64,000 nt of DNA from assembly GCA_965200875.1 (NCBI GenBank), contig OZ241456.1, positions 800,001 through 864,000 on the forward strand. The letters are read 5' to 3'. This DNA comes from Bdellovibrionales bacterium (GTDB lineage Bacteria; Bdellovibrionota; Bdellovibrionia; Bdellovibrionales; UBA1609). The notes beneath the pieces are model-generated. The model was given only the letters and a program-made list of their open reading frames with translations. It did no database searches and was not told the origin of the DNA. The translations under genes and the position numbers were made by a program. Positions 31,918 through 43,313 of this stretch are shown here, in pieces; within the stretch, counting starts at the first letter, position 1; the number at the start of each line of letters is the position of its first letter.

Positions 31918-32967
31918 TTGGAAGGTATAGAAGATACTTATGAAGAGATAGAAGAGGCTAGACTATATGGCACAGAAGCAGATAATTGTGATAATTGTTG
32001 GGAAAGACGACTTACAAGATTCAAAGAGATTGTAGACCCTGCCCCTTCCGGTTGGGAAGTCCTGGGCAATGTGGTTGGCACAGTCGGTGCGGCCGCTATG
32101 GGTTATTATGGAGTTAAAGAAGCAAATAAATTAAGAGACCAACAAGGTTTTGCGGCTCAACCTGGCCTTGCTATGGGCCTTGCATACCCTTTTATTATGA
32201 AGGGGCTTTATGGTGGTGGACTGTTTGGCAGTTCCTCATCTTTGGCCTGCTCCCCCACTATGCACGGCGGAGGTGGACTGTTTAGTAACCCCTTTATGGC
32301 ACAAATGCAAATGCAACAAATGCAACAAATGCAAATGTTTGGCGGTATGCCTAGCATGGGCGCGATGATGGGCATGGGTAACATGATTGGTATGATGGGC
32401 ATGGGTGCGATGATGGGCGGTGCGATGATGGGCATGGGCAACATGATAGGCATGGGTAACATGATGATGGGCATGGGTAACATGATTGGTATGATGGGCA
32501 TGGGCGCGATGATGGGCGGTGCGATGATGGGCGGTATAATGAATATGGGAATGCCTGGCATGGGTAATATGATGGGCATGGGTAATATGATGGGCATGGG
32601 TGGCATAATGAATATGGGAATGCCTGGCATGGGTAATATGATGGGCATGGGTAATATGATGGGCATGGGTAATATGATGGGCATGGGCCAACAATCTTAT
32701 ATGTCATATCAACAAGCTTTAATGTCCTGGAGAATGTCACAAATGAATAATTATATGCAAAAGCAACAAGCTGTAAGTAGCCTGCAACAAGAAGTATGGC
32801 GTCTTCAAGCACAAATCCAGCAAACACTCTATGGTGGCACTGGCACTAACTATGACTTCAGCGGAGCTGGTGGTGGTGGTGATGATGATGATGACGGAAG
32901 TGCCGTTGGTGCTGGTGGCAGAGAAGACGGACCAGTAAACCGTGGTAGAATAATCCGAGGAATATAA
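31918..32967 (+). CDS. Met/Gly-rich low-complexity protein, probably 5'-truncated
   Basis: MGMGNM repeats and Q-rich tail. The frame is open only back to ~31831 with no ATG/RBS start. Confidence 0.6.
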   Translation: MEGIEDTYEEIEEARLYGTEADNCDNCWERRLTRFKEIVDPAPSGWEVLGNVVGTVGAAAMGYYGVKEANKLRDQQGFAAQPGLAMGLAYPFIMKGLYGGGLFGSSSSLACSPTMHGGGGLFSNPFMAQMQMQQMQQMQMFGGMPSMGAMMGMGNMIGMMGMGAMMGGAMMGMGNMIGMGNMMMGMGNMIGMMGMGAMMGGAMMGGIMNMGMPGMGNMMGMGNMMGMGGIMNMGMPGMGNMMGMGNMMGMGNMMGMGQQSYMSYQQALMSWRMSQMNNYMQKQQAVSSLQQEVWRLQAQIQQTLYGGTGTNYDFSGAGGGGDDDDDGSAVGAGGREDGPVNRGRIIRGI

Positions 32968-33164
32968 TCTATCCCATCCTGAATAAATGTTTTTTCTTTC
33001 CTCGAAAGCGGATTTGAGCGAGATGGACTTAGTCGATCAGGAATAAATTCGTTTAGTGGACAACAAGTACTCTTACCAATACTGCACCGCTTAGGTGAAA
33101 ACATACGTGTTTTTCACACACGCGTCTTTCAGCCACGACACATATAATATATAAACACCATTTT

Positions 33165-34331
33165 TCACGGGCCACTATTTTTATCAGCAGATTTCTTTAG
33201 AGGAGCAGAAGGGGAGGATGGAGGTGAAGTAGGAGGAGGTGGTGAAGCAGGAGGAGGTGGAGATGATGACACAGAAGAAGAAACATACTCTCCTCGATTT
33301 TCTAGGTTATGTTGTTCTCCTATTGGCATAAAAAAAGGAGTGTAAGACTTTCCTTTCTTATCTATTGTACCTATCACTCTAGGTTCAAGAATAATAACTC
33401 CATCTTCTCTTACTTGATAAATAACACCTCTGTTTCTTCCAATTCTGTCATTCTTTTGTAATTGATAAATTCCTTCATCTGTTTTAAACAAGGCTTTTGA
33501 AGCTCCTATTTTGGAATTCCATTTAATTCCCACTAATGTAATGTCAGTTAATGCGTACTTCCCTGTCGGATAATCTGGCAACACATTCTCTTCCATTACT
33601 CCTTCCACTACTTTTTGTTCTTCCACTTGATAAGGATTAAAAGGGTCTCTTCTATCAACGCTATCATATTGATAATCGCTTAAAAGCCTGTATATATTCG
33701 CGACTTTTTGATTGATATTCTGTAAATCCTTAGCTGTTTTTGAATCAATTGCTTGGTTCGATTGAGGTTGTTGCTCCATGTTTTCTTGCAACATTTCATC
33801 CGTGTTGGCAGATGGAATCTCTGGTGGAGGGGGAATAACATTGTTATCTGTACCGTCGCCTGAAATGGAAGCACCTTGACGCTGAACAGAAGAAGGTACA
33901 GAAGGAGGTGTGGAGTCAGCTAAGCCAGTAGCAGGACGATCAGCCGGACGGGCAGAACCACCATCCCCCGCAGAAGGAGGTGTTGGCGCATTAGCAGGAC
34001 CAACCGAAGCCGGTGGACGGGCAGAACCATCATCTCCCGCAGAAGGAGGTGTTGGCGCATTAGCAGGACCAGCTGGTGGACGGGCAGAACCATCCCCCGC
34101 AGAAGGAGGTGTGGAGTCAGCTAAGCCAGTAGCAGGACCAGCAGGACGAGGAGAACCACCATCCCCCGCAGAAGGAGGTGTGGAGTCAGCCAAGCCAGTG
34201 GCAGGTCCAGAAGGGTCTCCTTTTGCAGATACATTTGGAAAAAAAGAAAAAGTGGTAAAAAACCATATCACAAAAAATAAAGATCCAATACCTACATTCA
34301 AATAAAGAAAAATCTCAAAAAGTCTTCTCAT
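33165..34331 (-). CDS. pilP: type IV pilus PilP-like protein with Pro/Ala-rich repeat linker
   Basis: RRDPFNPY, YALTDITLVGI, ALF, RIGRNRGVI; follows pilO. Confidence 0.8.
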   Translation of the reverse strand: MRRLFEIFLYLNVGIGSLFFVIWFFTTFSFFPNVSAKGDPSGPATGLADSTPPSAGDGGSPRPAGPATGLADSTPPSAGDGSARPPAGPANAPTPPSAGDDGSARPPASVGPANAPTPPSAGDGGSARPADRPATGLADSTPPSVPSSVQRQGASISGDGTDNNVIPPPPEIPSANTDEMLQENMEQQPQSNQAIDSKTAKDLQNINQKVANIYRLLSDYQYDSVDRRDPFNPYQVEEQKVVEGVMEENVLPDYPTGKYALTDITLVGIKWNSKIGASKALFKTDEGIYQLQKNDRIGRNRGVIYQVREDGVIILEPRVIGTIDKKGKSYTPFFMPIGEQHNLENRGEYVSSSVSSSPPPPASPPPPTSPPSSPSAPLKKSADKNSGP

Positions 34332-34942
34332 TTTCCCGCTTCCTGATTGTTGTCTTCTATAATAGCAGAAGTATAACGATAACCATAAATATCCATTTGC
34401 ATTTTTATTTCATTTAAACCGGCAGTATATGATGCTTTTTGCCCACCCATAGTCTCCATTGTGAATCTCTCTACAGTAATTATTTCACTTAGACTTGTCA
34501 ACTTGGACATAAATATAAGCACTTGCGTAAATAAACCTGTCACTGTTACACTTACTTTTAATTTTTCATAAAATTCCTTTTTTTCAGTATTACTATGAGT
34601 CACAATATCGGGTAAATCCACTCCTGCCACTTTGGCTTGTTGATTTAAATGATTCAATATCATTGTTGATGTCATTTCATTTGGAATAAATTGAAGGAAT
34701 TTATTAATTTCACCGCCCATGAGACTCATGGCTTTATCTAATTCATTAAGACTTTTCAGCTCTGCTTTCAAGTCTTCGATCTCTTTTTTAACAACATTTT
34801 GTTGTTTGTCCAATTCACTAATTTCATTTTTAATGGACCCTCCATCATCAAATTTGGTAATATAATATAAGCCTGCTAATCCAGTACTTAAGATAATTAT
34901 CATTCCTACACTTAACTGAGAAAACACTTTCAACCACAACAT
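34328..34942 (-). CDS. pilO: type IV pilus assembly protein PilO
   Basis: TM helix, coiled coil, IP..., EFYEKLKVSVTVTGLFTQVLIF..LSEIITV. Confidence 0.85.
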   Translation of the reverse strand: MLWLKVFSQLSVGMIIILSTGLAGLYYITKFDDGGSIKNEISELDKQQNVVKKEIEDLKAELKSLNELDKAMSLMGGEINKFLQFIPNEMTSTMILNHLNQQAKVAGVDLPDIVTHSNTEKKEFYEKLKVSVTVTGLFTQVLIFMSKLTSLSEIITVERFTMETMGGQKASYTAGLNEIKMQMDIYGYRYTSAIIEDNNQEAGK

Positions 34943-34956
34943 ATTTTATTTACTCC

Positions 34957-35601
34957 CTATTTTTGTTTATGTTTTAACACACTTAATATAGTGAAATATC
35001 TCCTTTTGTTGGATTTACTGCTTGCATCCTCCCCCGCTTTTTCCAAATTAACTTGTGAAAATAAGTTTGTTTTTTCCAATTCCTTCATAAAATTCTGAAT
35101 TTGTGTGGTATTAATACTTAGTCCTGTGAGCGTGAAACGATTATTTTCAAACCTTACTCTTCGTAACCATACTTCCTCAGGAATTGCATTTTGTATATGA
35201 TCCAAACCTGTTAAAGCGGATAATCGATTATCCACAATAGTTTGCATAACCTCCAATTTGTTATCAAATTCTTCTGATTTTTTGAGCATATGTCCGAAAC
35301 CATCCACTTCTTTCTTCACATTGTCTTTTTGACTTTTTAGTTTACTCAACTCTGTATTTGCCATTGTTCTTTGCATGGCAAGTTTTGCCATATTGTTTTT
35401 TTCATAACGGATTAAAATCAAGGTACCTACTCCACAAAGTGCCAATCTGATAAAAAAACCAATAATCTTTTTTGAGTCAATCTCTATATTTTCTAAAAAA
35501 CCCGGTATGCTGGATTTTTTATCATCGTATAGAAAAATATCATCTTGGTCCATTTCATCGACAACAGTCGAAGCTTTGGTTTTTCTCAGATCAAATTTCA
35601 T
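34957..35601 (-). CDS. pilN: type IV pilus assembly protein PilN
   Basis: TM helix, coiled coil, IPEEVWL, LTG, FMKELEKTNLFSQVNL. Confidence 0.85.
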   Translation of the reverse strand: MKFDLRKTKASTVVDEMDQDDIFLYDDKKSSIPGFLENIEIDSKKIIGFFIRLALCGVGTLILIRYEKNNMAKLAMQRTMANTELSKLKSQKDNVKKEVDGFGHMLKKSEEFDNKLEVMQTIVDNRLSALTGLDHIQNAIPEEVWLRRVRFENNRFTLTGLSINTTQIQNFMKELEKTNLFSQVNLEKAGEDASSKSNKRRYFTILSVLKHKQK

Positions 35602-36684
35602 CTAACTTAACCCTCTTAAACAAGTTCCTACACAAGCTGGCGTGAAATATTTGATATCATTCACAGCAGTCTCCAGGGATTCATTGATCTGTATCCCATC
35701 AAAGGGATTCAGCAGGTGCACGGGCAGATTAAATTTCTTCTCTATAGTTGTTATAAGGTTGGCTATCTTTCCTCCTCCACCTGTTACATAAATTCGTGAA
35801 AATTCTTCTTCAGGAAACTGATTTTTAAAGTATTCACATCCCACAAAAATTTCATCACAAAAATAATGCACACTGGTCTCTATTAAATGACTTACCTCAG
35901 GAGGTGCTTCATCTCCGGCACACCAACTTATTTTTAAAGATTCTGCTTCCTGATATTCTATCCCCATTTCTTTCATCAAATATACAGTATAAAAATCACT
36001 GCCAACCAGTATATAGCGGGAAAAGATTAAATCGCCACGTCTCAACACAGTAAACATTGTTCCTGATTTTCCTATATCCAAAATCAAGGTATTTTCATCT
36101 TTTTTACTGATTTCCGGTTCTATAAATTTGATACAATTAGACAGTGCGAAGGCACACATATCAATGACCTTACATTTGTACCCCATGTTTTCAATCATTT
36201 GATTGATTTTTTCAACGCTTTCTTCTTTTACAGCTATCAGTAAAATATTCACTTTATTCTTATTAGTTGTCATGTAATTGGAGATTGGCATATAATTATA
36301 ATTTATTTCATTTATATCGAACGGAAAATTTTGTTTGATCTCTTCATGTACGAAGGTATCCATGAGCTTTTCTTCTGATTGCAGTATTTCCATTTTTTTA
36401 ACAATAATGGATCGACCACTCATTGAAACATATATATCGGAAATTACTCCTTTTGTATGTTGAGAAATAAATTCAGGGAGAATATCCTTAAGAGGTTCTG
36501 CATTGATTAAATCGCCTTGTTCCATACAGTTATCTGGAATGGACAAAGTGGCAAAATTTTCCAAAACCGGAATGGATTTTTTTTTTATGGAAAAGTCAGC
36601 TAGTTTTGCTGTATGGCTACCTACATCCAATGTAACTATCCTTTTTGGTTTTGGTCTCAACTTATTGAGTAATAAGTGTTTCAC
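35602..36684 (-). CDS. pilM: type IV pilus assembly protein PilM
   Basis: Actin-like motifs LDVGSHTAK, LDIGKSGT, VTGGGGKI, LNPF. Confidence 0.9.
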   Translation of the reverse strand: MKHLLLNKLRPKPKRIVTLDVGSHTAKLADFSIKKKSIPVLENFATLSIPDNCMEQGDLINAEPLKDILPEFISQHTKGVISDIYVSMSGRSIIVKKMEILQSEEKLMDTFVHEEIKQNFPFDINEINYNYMPISNYMTTNKNKVNILLIAVKEESVEKINQMIENMGYKCKVIDMCAFALSNCIKFIEPEISKKDENTLILDIGKSGTMFTVLRRGDLIFSRYILVGSDFYTVYLMKEMGIEYQEAESLKISWCAGDEAPPEVSHLIETSVHYFCDEIFVGCEYFKNQFPEEEFSRIYVTGGGGKIANLITTIEKKFNLPVHLLNPFDGIQINESLETAVNDIKYFTPACVGTCLRGLS

Positions 36685-36769
36685 TGTTTCCTTCCCTGAA
36701 GTGTATATTAAATTAAAACCAAAGTCTTAAGAAAAGTCAACTGCACTGTGTTTTCATGGGAGAATTTAC

Positions 36770-37591
36770 TTAGCGCATAAAAAAAACAGACAAATACATA
36801 CGAGACAGCTCTTCCCCCCAAAAAATATACGCAATCGCTGAAAAGGCTAAATAAGGCCCAAAAGGTATTGTTTGTCTGAGATAATTCTTAGATTGAAACA
36901 TTATAACAATACCGGCAAATAAACCCATAAAGCAGGAAAGCAAAATAACGAATGGTATGGCTTTCCAGGTCAAAACAGCTCCAATCCAGGCTAATAACTT
37001 AATGTCCCCCCCTCCTAATCCTTCTTCTTTACGAAGGGCGTAATAAAAAATTGCTATAAACCACAAAAAACCACCTCCCATCAACATTCCGCTCAAAGCT
37101 GGCCAAAATTCACGCCCAGCTTCCGGGTTCAGAAGTGCTCCTGTTAAACCCAGAAAAATACCTGATAAGGTGAGGGAGTCCGGCAAAATCATCTGTTCCA
37201 AATCCACGGCACTGGCAACCACGAGGGCAAAGGTAAAAAGCAGGTATTCCAACAAAACATATTTCCATCCCACAAAATATAATAGCAAAACAAACAAAAC
37301 TGCCATTAATAGTTCGATGGCAAAAGGACGAAAAGGCGGTTTTTCCCGTTTAATTTTCTTGGCGACCCAAGAACAAGGCAACCATCCCCAGTCATTTTGA
37401 CACTTTAGGCAAAAAGAAAAAAAACCTCCTTTTGTGTCTCCTTTTTCAATATTGGAGAAAATTTCTGTTAAAATCGCCCCCACACGACCAAAAACAATCC
37501 CTAAAACAATAAATAAATAAAAATTCCAATGAAAGGAAAAGGAGAACCAATCAGGCAATTCGCTTCCTTTCAAATAAAATGCTTGTAACAA
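36770..37591 (-). CDS. pilD: prepilin peptidase (A24)
   Basis: DLEQMILPD, EGLGGGDIKLLAWIGA, IPFGPYL. Start uncertain. Confidence 0.88.
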   Translation of the reverse strand: MLQAFYLKGSELPDWFSFSFHWNFYLFIVLGIVFGRVGAILTEIFSNIEKGDTKGGFFSFCLKCQNDWGWLPCSWVAKKIKREKPPFRPFAIELLMAVLFVLLLYFVGWKYVLLEYLLFTFALVVASAVDLEQMILPDSLTLSGIFLGLTGALLNPEAGREFWPALSGMLMGGGFLWFIAIFYYALRKEEGLGGGDIKLLAWIGAVLTWKAIPFVILLSCFMGLFAGIVIMFQSKNYLRQTIPFGPYLAFSAIAYIFWGEELSRMYLSVFFMR

Positions 37592-38327
37592 GCAAGAGGA
37601 AAACCACCCAAGAAACAGCGTACAAAGAGGAAAAAAGTAGCTCTCCTTTTACCAAAGGATCGTGGTATAAGGCATGAGCGCGCCAATTAAGTTTTTCAAA
37701 ATTTGGCAAAGCTCGGGTTACAACATCAACAGTAACTTTAAATATTTGATTTTCATTGGTTTTACTAAGAAGAAACATAATGCCATTTGCCGAGTGACCA
37801 ATGATAAAAACCAAAACAGAATATATCAACACAGAAAAAGAAGAAGAAAAGTTGCTAAAGAAAAAAGCCACTGTCAAAAGGATTAAAGCTTCTAAAAATA
37901 TTCCCCATAAGGCGATGAACAATAGAGAACTCACAGAATGGCTGTAAATCCAATGTACAGTTAACACAAATAAAGTTAAAAAAACCAAAACCAAAAGCAA
38001 AATAATAGACAAACCAAAAAACTTGCCAATAATAAACTGTAATCTGGAAATAGGTTTTACAAACAAAGTGATGGCTGTTCTCTTTTCGATTTCATGAGAA
38101 ATTAAACCGCTTGCAAAATAAACAGAGATGAGAATAAGACCAATATGACAGGAAGTAAAGGCAAAGTTAATACTCAGACGAACCTGCTCATTCAAGCTTA
38201 AAGGACCTAAAACAAACCCTGTTGCTATAATAAATATTACCATGCTGGCTAGAGCATATAAAATTTTATGTCTCTGGATTTCCTTTACTGTGTTTAACGC
38301 AATAAAGAGGATATTTTTCATTTTCAA
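37551..38327 (-). CDS. ABC transporter permease (pilus-associated)
   Basis: IALNTVKE, EIEKRT..LFVKPISR..IIGKFFG; multiple TM helices. Confidence 0.85.
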   Translation of the reverse strand: MKMKNILFIALNTVKEIQRHKILYALASMVIFIIATGFVLGPLSLNEQVRLSINFAFTSCHIGLILISVYFASGLISHEIEKRTAITLFVKPISRLQFIIGKFFGLSIILLLVLVFLTLFVLTVHWIYSHSVSSLLFIALWGIFLEALILLTVAFFFSNFSSSFSVLIYSVLVFIIGHSANGIMFLLSKTNENQIFKVTVDVVTRALPNFEKLNWRAHALYHDPLVKGELLFSSLYAVSWVVFLLLVTSILFERKRIA

Positions 38328-39232
38328 AGTCCTTTTTCGATGATTTCAGAGAAAGCCTGTTCCAAACTTTTTTTATCCAACTTAACATCCAAAATATTAC
38401 AGGAATTTTTTCTCAATCGGTCAATCTCCTGTTGGCAATCCATGAGGCTTTCCACAAAAACAGTGTGCTTCTGTTCTTTTTTCGTGTAAATAATTTGTCG
38501 CCGGCCTTTGATGCGATCCAATAAATCCTGTACAGAACCGGAATAAGCCACCTTGCCCTTTTTTAAAACCACTAAATTCTGACAGAGCTTTTCCACATCA
38601 TGTAAAAGGTGTGAGCTAAAAAAAATTGTTGTACCTTGTTTGGCCATGTCCTGTATCAAGTCTCCAACATACAAGCGACTGTCTGGATCTAAACCAGCCA
38701 TAGGTTCATCCAAAATGACAAACTCAGGGCTATGAATAAGTGCCTGCGCAATTCCCACTTTTTGCAACATACCTTTGGAGTAAGTCCTTATTTTTCGATC
38801 CTTTGCGTCATATATATCCAGCTTTTTTAATAAACTTCTGGCTTTGTCTTTCAAATCAGTGAGCTTCATGGAAGTGGAAAGCCGTCCGTAAAAAATTAAA
38901 AGCTCCTCACCGGTTAAATAATCATGGAAATAAGGCTGTTCCGGGAGAAAACCAACCCTTTTCAATACAGATTTGGATAAAGGTTTGTTATCAAAAAAAA
39001 ACACTTCACCGGAATCAAAAGGAATCAACCCCAAAATACATTTTAAAGTTGTTGTTTTTCCTGAACCATTTCTGCCTAAAAATCCAGTAGTCACTGCCTT
39101 GAAAATGGAAAAATCAATTTGCTCCAATACTTTTTTCTCAGTGGATTTAATTCCTTTTTCAAGCTCTTTCTCAAGGGAAAAAAGTCCTTCCTTAAAACTT
39201 TTTTTCAGATTTTTGACTTGCAAAACAGACAT
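38324..39232 (-). CDS. ABC transporter ATP-binding protein
   Basis: GRNGSGKTT, YSKGMLQK, ILDEPMAGLDP, SSH. Confidence 0.92.
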   Translation of the reverse strand: MSVLQVKNLKKSFKEGLFSLEKELEKGIKSTEKKVLEQIDFSIFKAVTTGFLGRNGSGKTTTLKCILGLIPFDSGEVFFFDNKPLSKSVLKRVGFLPEQPYFHDYLTGEELLIFYGRLSTSMKLTDLKDKARSLLKKLDIYDAKDRKIRTYSKGMLQKVGIAQALIHSPEFVILDEPMAGLDPDSRLYVGDLIQDMAKQGTTIFFSSHLLHDVEKLCQNLVVLKKGKVAYSGSVQDLLDRIKGRRQIIYTKKEQKHTVFVESLMDCQQEIDRLRKNSCNILDVKLDKKSLEQAFSEIIEKGL

Positions 39233-39248
39233 ACATCCTCCAGAAACT

Positions 39249-42200
39249 TCAGTTTGTCATGAAGGGCAGAGGCTGAACAGAAAAGCTTTTTTTTTGTGTT
39301 TCACGCAACGCAAAAACCACCGCTTTAGCTGCCTCACTTTCCGTAATACACGGGACGCCATATTCCAGACAGCTTCGGCGAATACTAAAGCTGATTTCTA
39401 TGGATCGCCTCCCGGAAGTGGTATTAATCACAAAAGCCACCTGACCGGAGCGAATACGATCCACACAGTGTGGCCGACCTTCACGCACTTTTTTCACTTT
39501 TAAACAGTCTACTTTATGAGATTTAAGAAATTCCCAAGTTCCTCCTGTTGCAGATAAAGTATAACCCATTTCCCGTAACTTCAAGGCTGTTGGCAATAGC
39601 TCTTCTTTATCTTTATCTCTTAAAGAGAGAAAAACCTCACCGCTTTTTGGCAAATTTAGCTGAGAGGAGTAAAGAGCTTTTAAAATAGCTGAAGAATAGT
39701 TGGCACCACGCCCCATTACTTCACCAATGGATTTCATCTCTGGCCCTAAAATGGAGTCCACATCTTCAAATTTTTTAAACGGAAAAACCACTCCTTTTAC
39801 TGATACCATTTTTTGCGCTCTCCAGTTATATTTATCTGTCTGAATTTTTGCCTTTGGCCAACCCAACATGGCTAAAATTGCCAAATCCACAAGAGGAATA
39901 CCAGTGGCTTTGGATAAAAATGGCACACTGCGGGAGCTTCTGGGGTTGGCTTCCAAAATATAAATTTCGTCATTTTTGATCGCCAGCTGAAGATTCAAAA
40001 ACCCGGAAATTTTTAAATGACGAGCCATTTCAACAGAAAGTTGTTCCAGTTTTTCACAAACTTCCTGTTTTAACCTCTGTGGTGGAACAACTCCCATACT
40101 GTCACCACTATGCACTCCCGCGTTTTCAATATGTTCAACAATTCCCCCTATTATTGCCCAATCAGGACCACAAACCAGATCCACATCCACTTCCAAAGAG
40201 TTTTCCAAAAACTGATCTATCAGGCAAGGTTTTTCAGAAGATATAAAAGGCTGATACCGATGAAAATATTTTATGAGTTCATCCTGATTTTCAATAATTT
40301 CCATTCGACGCCCTCCCAACACATAACTTGGGCGACATATCACGGGGTATCCAATGGCTTTCACGACTTTGAAGGCATCCTCCACCCGCGTCACTGTTCC
40401 GGCTTTTGGAGTTCTAAATCCCATGCTGGAGCAAAGAGAGGAAAAACGAAGCCGGTCTTCAGCAAGGTCAATACTTTTTATGGGAGAACCGATAAGGGAA
40501 AACCCTCCCTCCACTAAAGTACCTGCTAAGCTGATTGGAGTCTGCCCTCCCATTTGAGCACAAAATCCGGTGGGTTGAACGAACTGCAACACCTCCATTG
40601 TGTGTTCTGTTGTTAAAGGCTCAAAAAACAGCTGATCAGAAGTGTCATAATCTGTGGAAACTGTCTCAGGGTTGGAGTTTATCATCACTGTTTTATACCC
40701 CAGCTCCTTCAATTTTTTGACACTGCGAACACAGGAATAGTCAAACTCAATCCCCTGACCTATACGGTTTGGTCCACTTCCTAAAATCACCACTTTTTTC
40801 TTAATGGGTTTGAGCTTTTTTCGGGTTCGTCCCGCTCCCCAATAAGTGGAATAATAATAAGGGGTTTCAGAAGCAAATTCCCCTGCGCAGGTATCCACTT
40901 GATAAAAAGAGGGAACAATGTTGTGCTTCCATCGGAATTTTCTAATCTCCTTTTCTTTTTTATTAAACCAATGAGCCAATAAAAAATCAGGAATCCCCAT
41001 GCGTTTGGATAAAAATACTGTTTCCGGCAGGAGTTTTTTTATTGTCTTTTTAACCTTTTTTTCAAACTTGATAAGGCGATAAAATTGATCCAAAAACCAG
41101 GGATCAATCTGAGTCCATTCATAAATTTTGTTAATTGTTTTTCCTCGCCTTAAAGCTTCCAATAAAGCATATATTCTTTGGCTGTTAGGATAAGCCATCT
41201 GCTTTTCGGAAAAACTCATTCCTTTCAGAAGTTCTTGATTCTTCTCCAAAGACATTACAGCTTTCATAAAAGCTTCCAAGAAAGTTCTGCCAATGCCCAT
41301 AACTTCTCCCACGCTTTTCATCTGGGTATTTAAAACATCTTTTGATCCTTCAAACTTTTCAAAATCAAAGCGCGGTATTTTTACGACCACATAATCCAAA
41401 GCTGGTTCATAACATGAAGGAGTGTTTCCTGTAATATCGTTTTTAATTTCGTCCATAGTTAAACCCACTGCCACAAGGGAGGCAATTTTGGCAATCGGAA
41501 ATCCTGTGGCCTTGCTGGCCAGAGCAGATGAGCGACTGACTCTGGGGTTCATTTCTATGACCAGTCTTTCACGGGTTTCTGGGTGGACAGCAAACTGAAT
41601 ATTGGCTCCGCCTGTTTCCACTCCTACAGCGGAAATAATTTTTTGCGCCTCATCTCGCATGGCCTGATATTCTCTGTCAGAAAGAGTCTGCTGGGGAGAA
41701 ACAGAACAGCTGTCCCCTGTGTGTACACCACAAGGATCTATGTTTTCGACAGAGCATACAACAACAAAAGTGCCGGATTTATCCCGCATTACTTCCAATT
41801 CAAACTCTTTCCACCCCAAAAGGCTTTTTTCCACCAGTACCTCTGAAGAAGGGCTTTCTTTTAACGCGGAGATCAGTTTTCTTTCATATTCTTCCAGAGA
41901 GTTAGCCACACCACTTCCTGCACCACCCAAAGTGTAATTGGGCCTTAGGACGAGAGGGAAAGAAAGCTCCTCTGCCACTTTTACGCCCTGTTTAAAGTTT
42001 TTTACCAAAGTGCTTTCTGGGTAACGAGCCCCCACTTTTTTTAGTAATTGCCTAAATCCCTCTCTGTTTTCCGCTCTGCGGATCACTACGGGATCAGCTC
42101 CTAAAAGCTGAATATTCATTTTTTTTAACATTTTTCTCTTGTCCAGCTCCAAAGCCAAATTGAGGGCTGTCTGACCACCTAGCGTGGGTATAATGGCCGA

Positions 42201-42449
42201 TGGTTTTTCCTGCTTTAAAATATGTTCCACAAATTCCACTTTTAAAGGTTCAATATAAACGCGGGTGGCAATTTCTGGGTCTGTCATAATAGTGGCTGGA
42301 TTGGAGTTAATCAGTATAACTTCAAGTCCTTTTTCCATTAAAGCTTTACAGGCTTGAGTGCCTGAGTAGTCAAACTCACAGGCTTGGCCAATAACAATAG
42401 GTCCACTTCCTAAAATCACCACTTTTTTGATGTCTTTTTTAATAGGCAT
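39249..42449 (-). CDS. carB: carbamoyl-phosphate synthase large subunit
   Basis: [60 protein letters not shown]; 1066 aa. Confidence 0.98.
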   Translation of the reverse strand: MPIKKDIKKVVILGSGPIVIGQACEFDYSGTQACKALMEKGLEVILINSNPATIMTDPEIATRVYIEPLKVEFVEHILKQEKPSAIIPTLGGQTALNLALELDKRKMLKKMNIQLLGADPVVIRRAENREGFRQLLKKVGARYPESTLVKNFKQGVKVAEELSFPLVLRPNYTLGGAGSGVANSLEEYERKLISALKESPSSEVLVEKSLLGWKEFELEVMRDKSGTFVVVCSVENIDPCGVHTGDSCSVSPQQTLSDREYQAMRDEAQKIISAVGVETGGANIQFAVHPETRERLVIEMNPRVSRSSALASKATGFPIAKIASLVAVGLTMDEIKNDITGNTPSCYEPALDYVVVKIPRFDFEKFEGSKDVLNTQMKSVGEVMGIGRTFLEAFMKAVMSLEKNQELLKGMSFSEKQMAYPNSQRIYALLEALRRGKTINKIYEWTQIDPWFLDQFYRLIKFEKKVKKTIKKLLPETVFLSKRMGIPDFLLAHWFNKKEKEIRKFRWKHNIVPSFYQVDTCAGEFASETPYYYSTYWGAGRTRKKLKPIKKKVVILGSGPNRIGQGIEFDYSCVRSVKKLKELGYKTVMINSNPETVSTDYDTSDQLFFEPLTTEHTMEVLQFVQPTGFCAQMGGQTPISLAGTLVEGGFSLIGSPIKSIDLAEDRLRFSSLCSSMGFRTPKAGTVTRVEDAFKVVKAIGYPVICRPSYVLGGRRMEIIENQDELIKYFHRYQPFISSEKPCLIDQFLENSLEVDVDLVCGPDWAIIGGIVEHIENAGVHSGDSMGVVPPQRLKQEVCEKLEQLSVEMARHLKISGFLNLQLAIKNDEIYILEANPRSSRSVPFLSKATGIPLVDLAILAMLGWPKAKIQTDKYNWRAQKMVSVKGVVFPFKKFEDVDSILGPEMKSIGEVMGRGANYSSAILKALYSSQLNLPKSGEVFLSLRDKDKEELLPTALKLREMGYTLSATGGTWEFLKSHKVDCLKVKKVREGRPHCVDRIRSGQVAFVINTTSGRRSIEISFSIRRSCLEYGVPCITESEAAKAVVFALRETQKKSFSVQPLPFMTN

Positions 42450-42451
42450 AA

Positions 42452-42952
42452 TTAAAAAACCTTTCTACTGATTCTTATGGGGTAGCCAAAAATTTTTCCA
42501 AAAACCGAAAAATCAATTATTAGAAATAATATAATAAATTCCATAATTTTTAAAATCAAAAGAAAAATTTTTCTTAAGTTTTTTCTGATCCTAACGATGC
42601 AATAAGTTATTATCATAATCCTCCGTGAAAAAGGTTGTTTCATGGTGTAGGAAAAAGAGTTAATGATTTTTGGATCTATGGACCAGAGTTGCTTTTTGTT
42701 TTTTTTGTCAGGGAGCTGGAACAGGTTGTTATTTTCCAGCATCTCTGCATAATCTTTACTTCTTATAGTTCTAATATACCCAAGATAAACAGATACAAAG
42801 TATTTGTCGTGTATTTTAGTTTCTTTTGAAGATTTTATATTATTTTCAGCAATTTTCACATAATCAGGATTAATTTCTATACCCAATAAATTTTGCTTTA
42901 TTTTAGAGTTTTTTGGGAGTCCATTGTGCATAAGAGGCCAACTCCTTTGCAT
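42452..42952 (-). pseudogene. possible gene remnant (methyltransferase C-terminal-like fragment)
   Basis: LLGIEINPDYVKIAENNI resembles the end of N4/N6 MTases; the rest is unrecognisable. Confidence 0.3.
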
Positions 42953-43313
42953 GGGTAATTTGATCGTCTCTTTTTATTCTTGCAGGCAAACGAATGTCGG
43001 CATGGTATGGGTTATCTGGAGTGGATGTTGCTTGTATTGTTCTGTTATTTTTTCGGGCTAATAAGGCCTTGATTTTTGCCCAACCATAAAAAGATCGGTT
43101 TGTATTTGATTTTTTTGATCGTATTTCTGCATTTTTATCCTGAATGTGAATTAGTTTTTTTACAGAGCAAAAACCAAACCGATCTACAGAAATAGGGTTG
43201 TTTTCTCTTTCTAAAAAAGCACGATGTCTTACTTTGTTTCCATCACGGCTTATTTGTCCATTGGAAAACACAGCTCTGCCTAAAAAGTCATCGTCATAAA
43301 TATCTTTACGCAT
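42903..43313 (-). CDS. hypothetical protein, possible ADP-ribosyltransferase-like fold
   Basis: LGRAVF, ISVDR, FYGWA and NPYHADI motifs; 8-bp overlap with upstream gene. Confidence 0.6.
   Translation of the reverse strand: MRKDIYDDDFLGRAVFSNGQISRDGNKVRHRAFLERENNPISVDRFGFCSVKKLIHIQDKNAEIRSKKSNTNRSFYGWAKIKALLARKNNRTIQATSTPDNPYHADIRLPARIKRDDQITHAKELASYAQWTPKKL

Noticed and set aside
32208..32827. His-rich, Cys/Pro-rich and MPII-repeat ORFs
   Set aside because: Antisense frames of the Met/Gly repeat; open only because the repeat lacks stops.
33910..34305. Plus-strand Ala/Gly/Pro ORF
   Set aside because: Antisense shadow of the PilP repeat linker.
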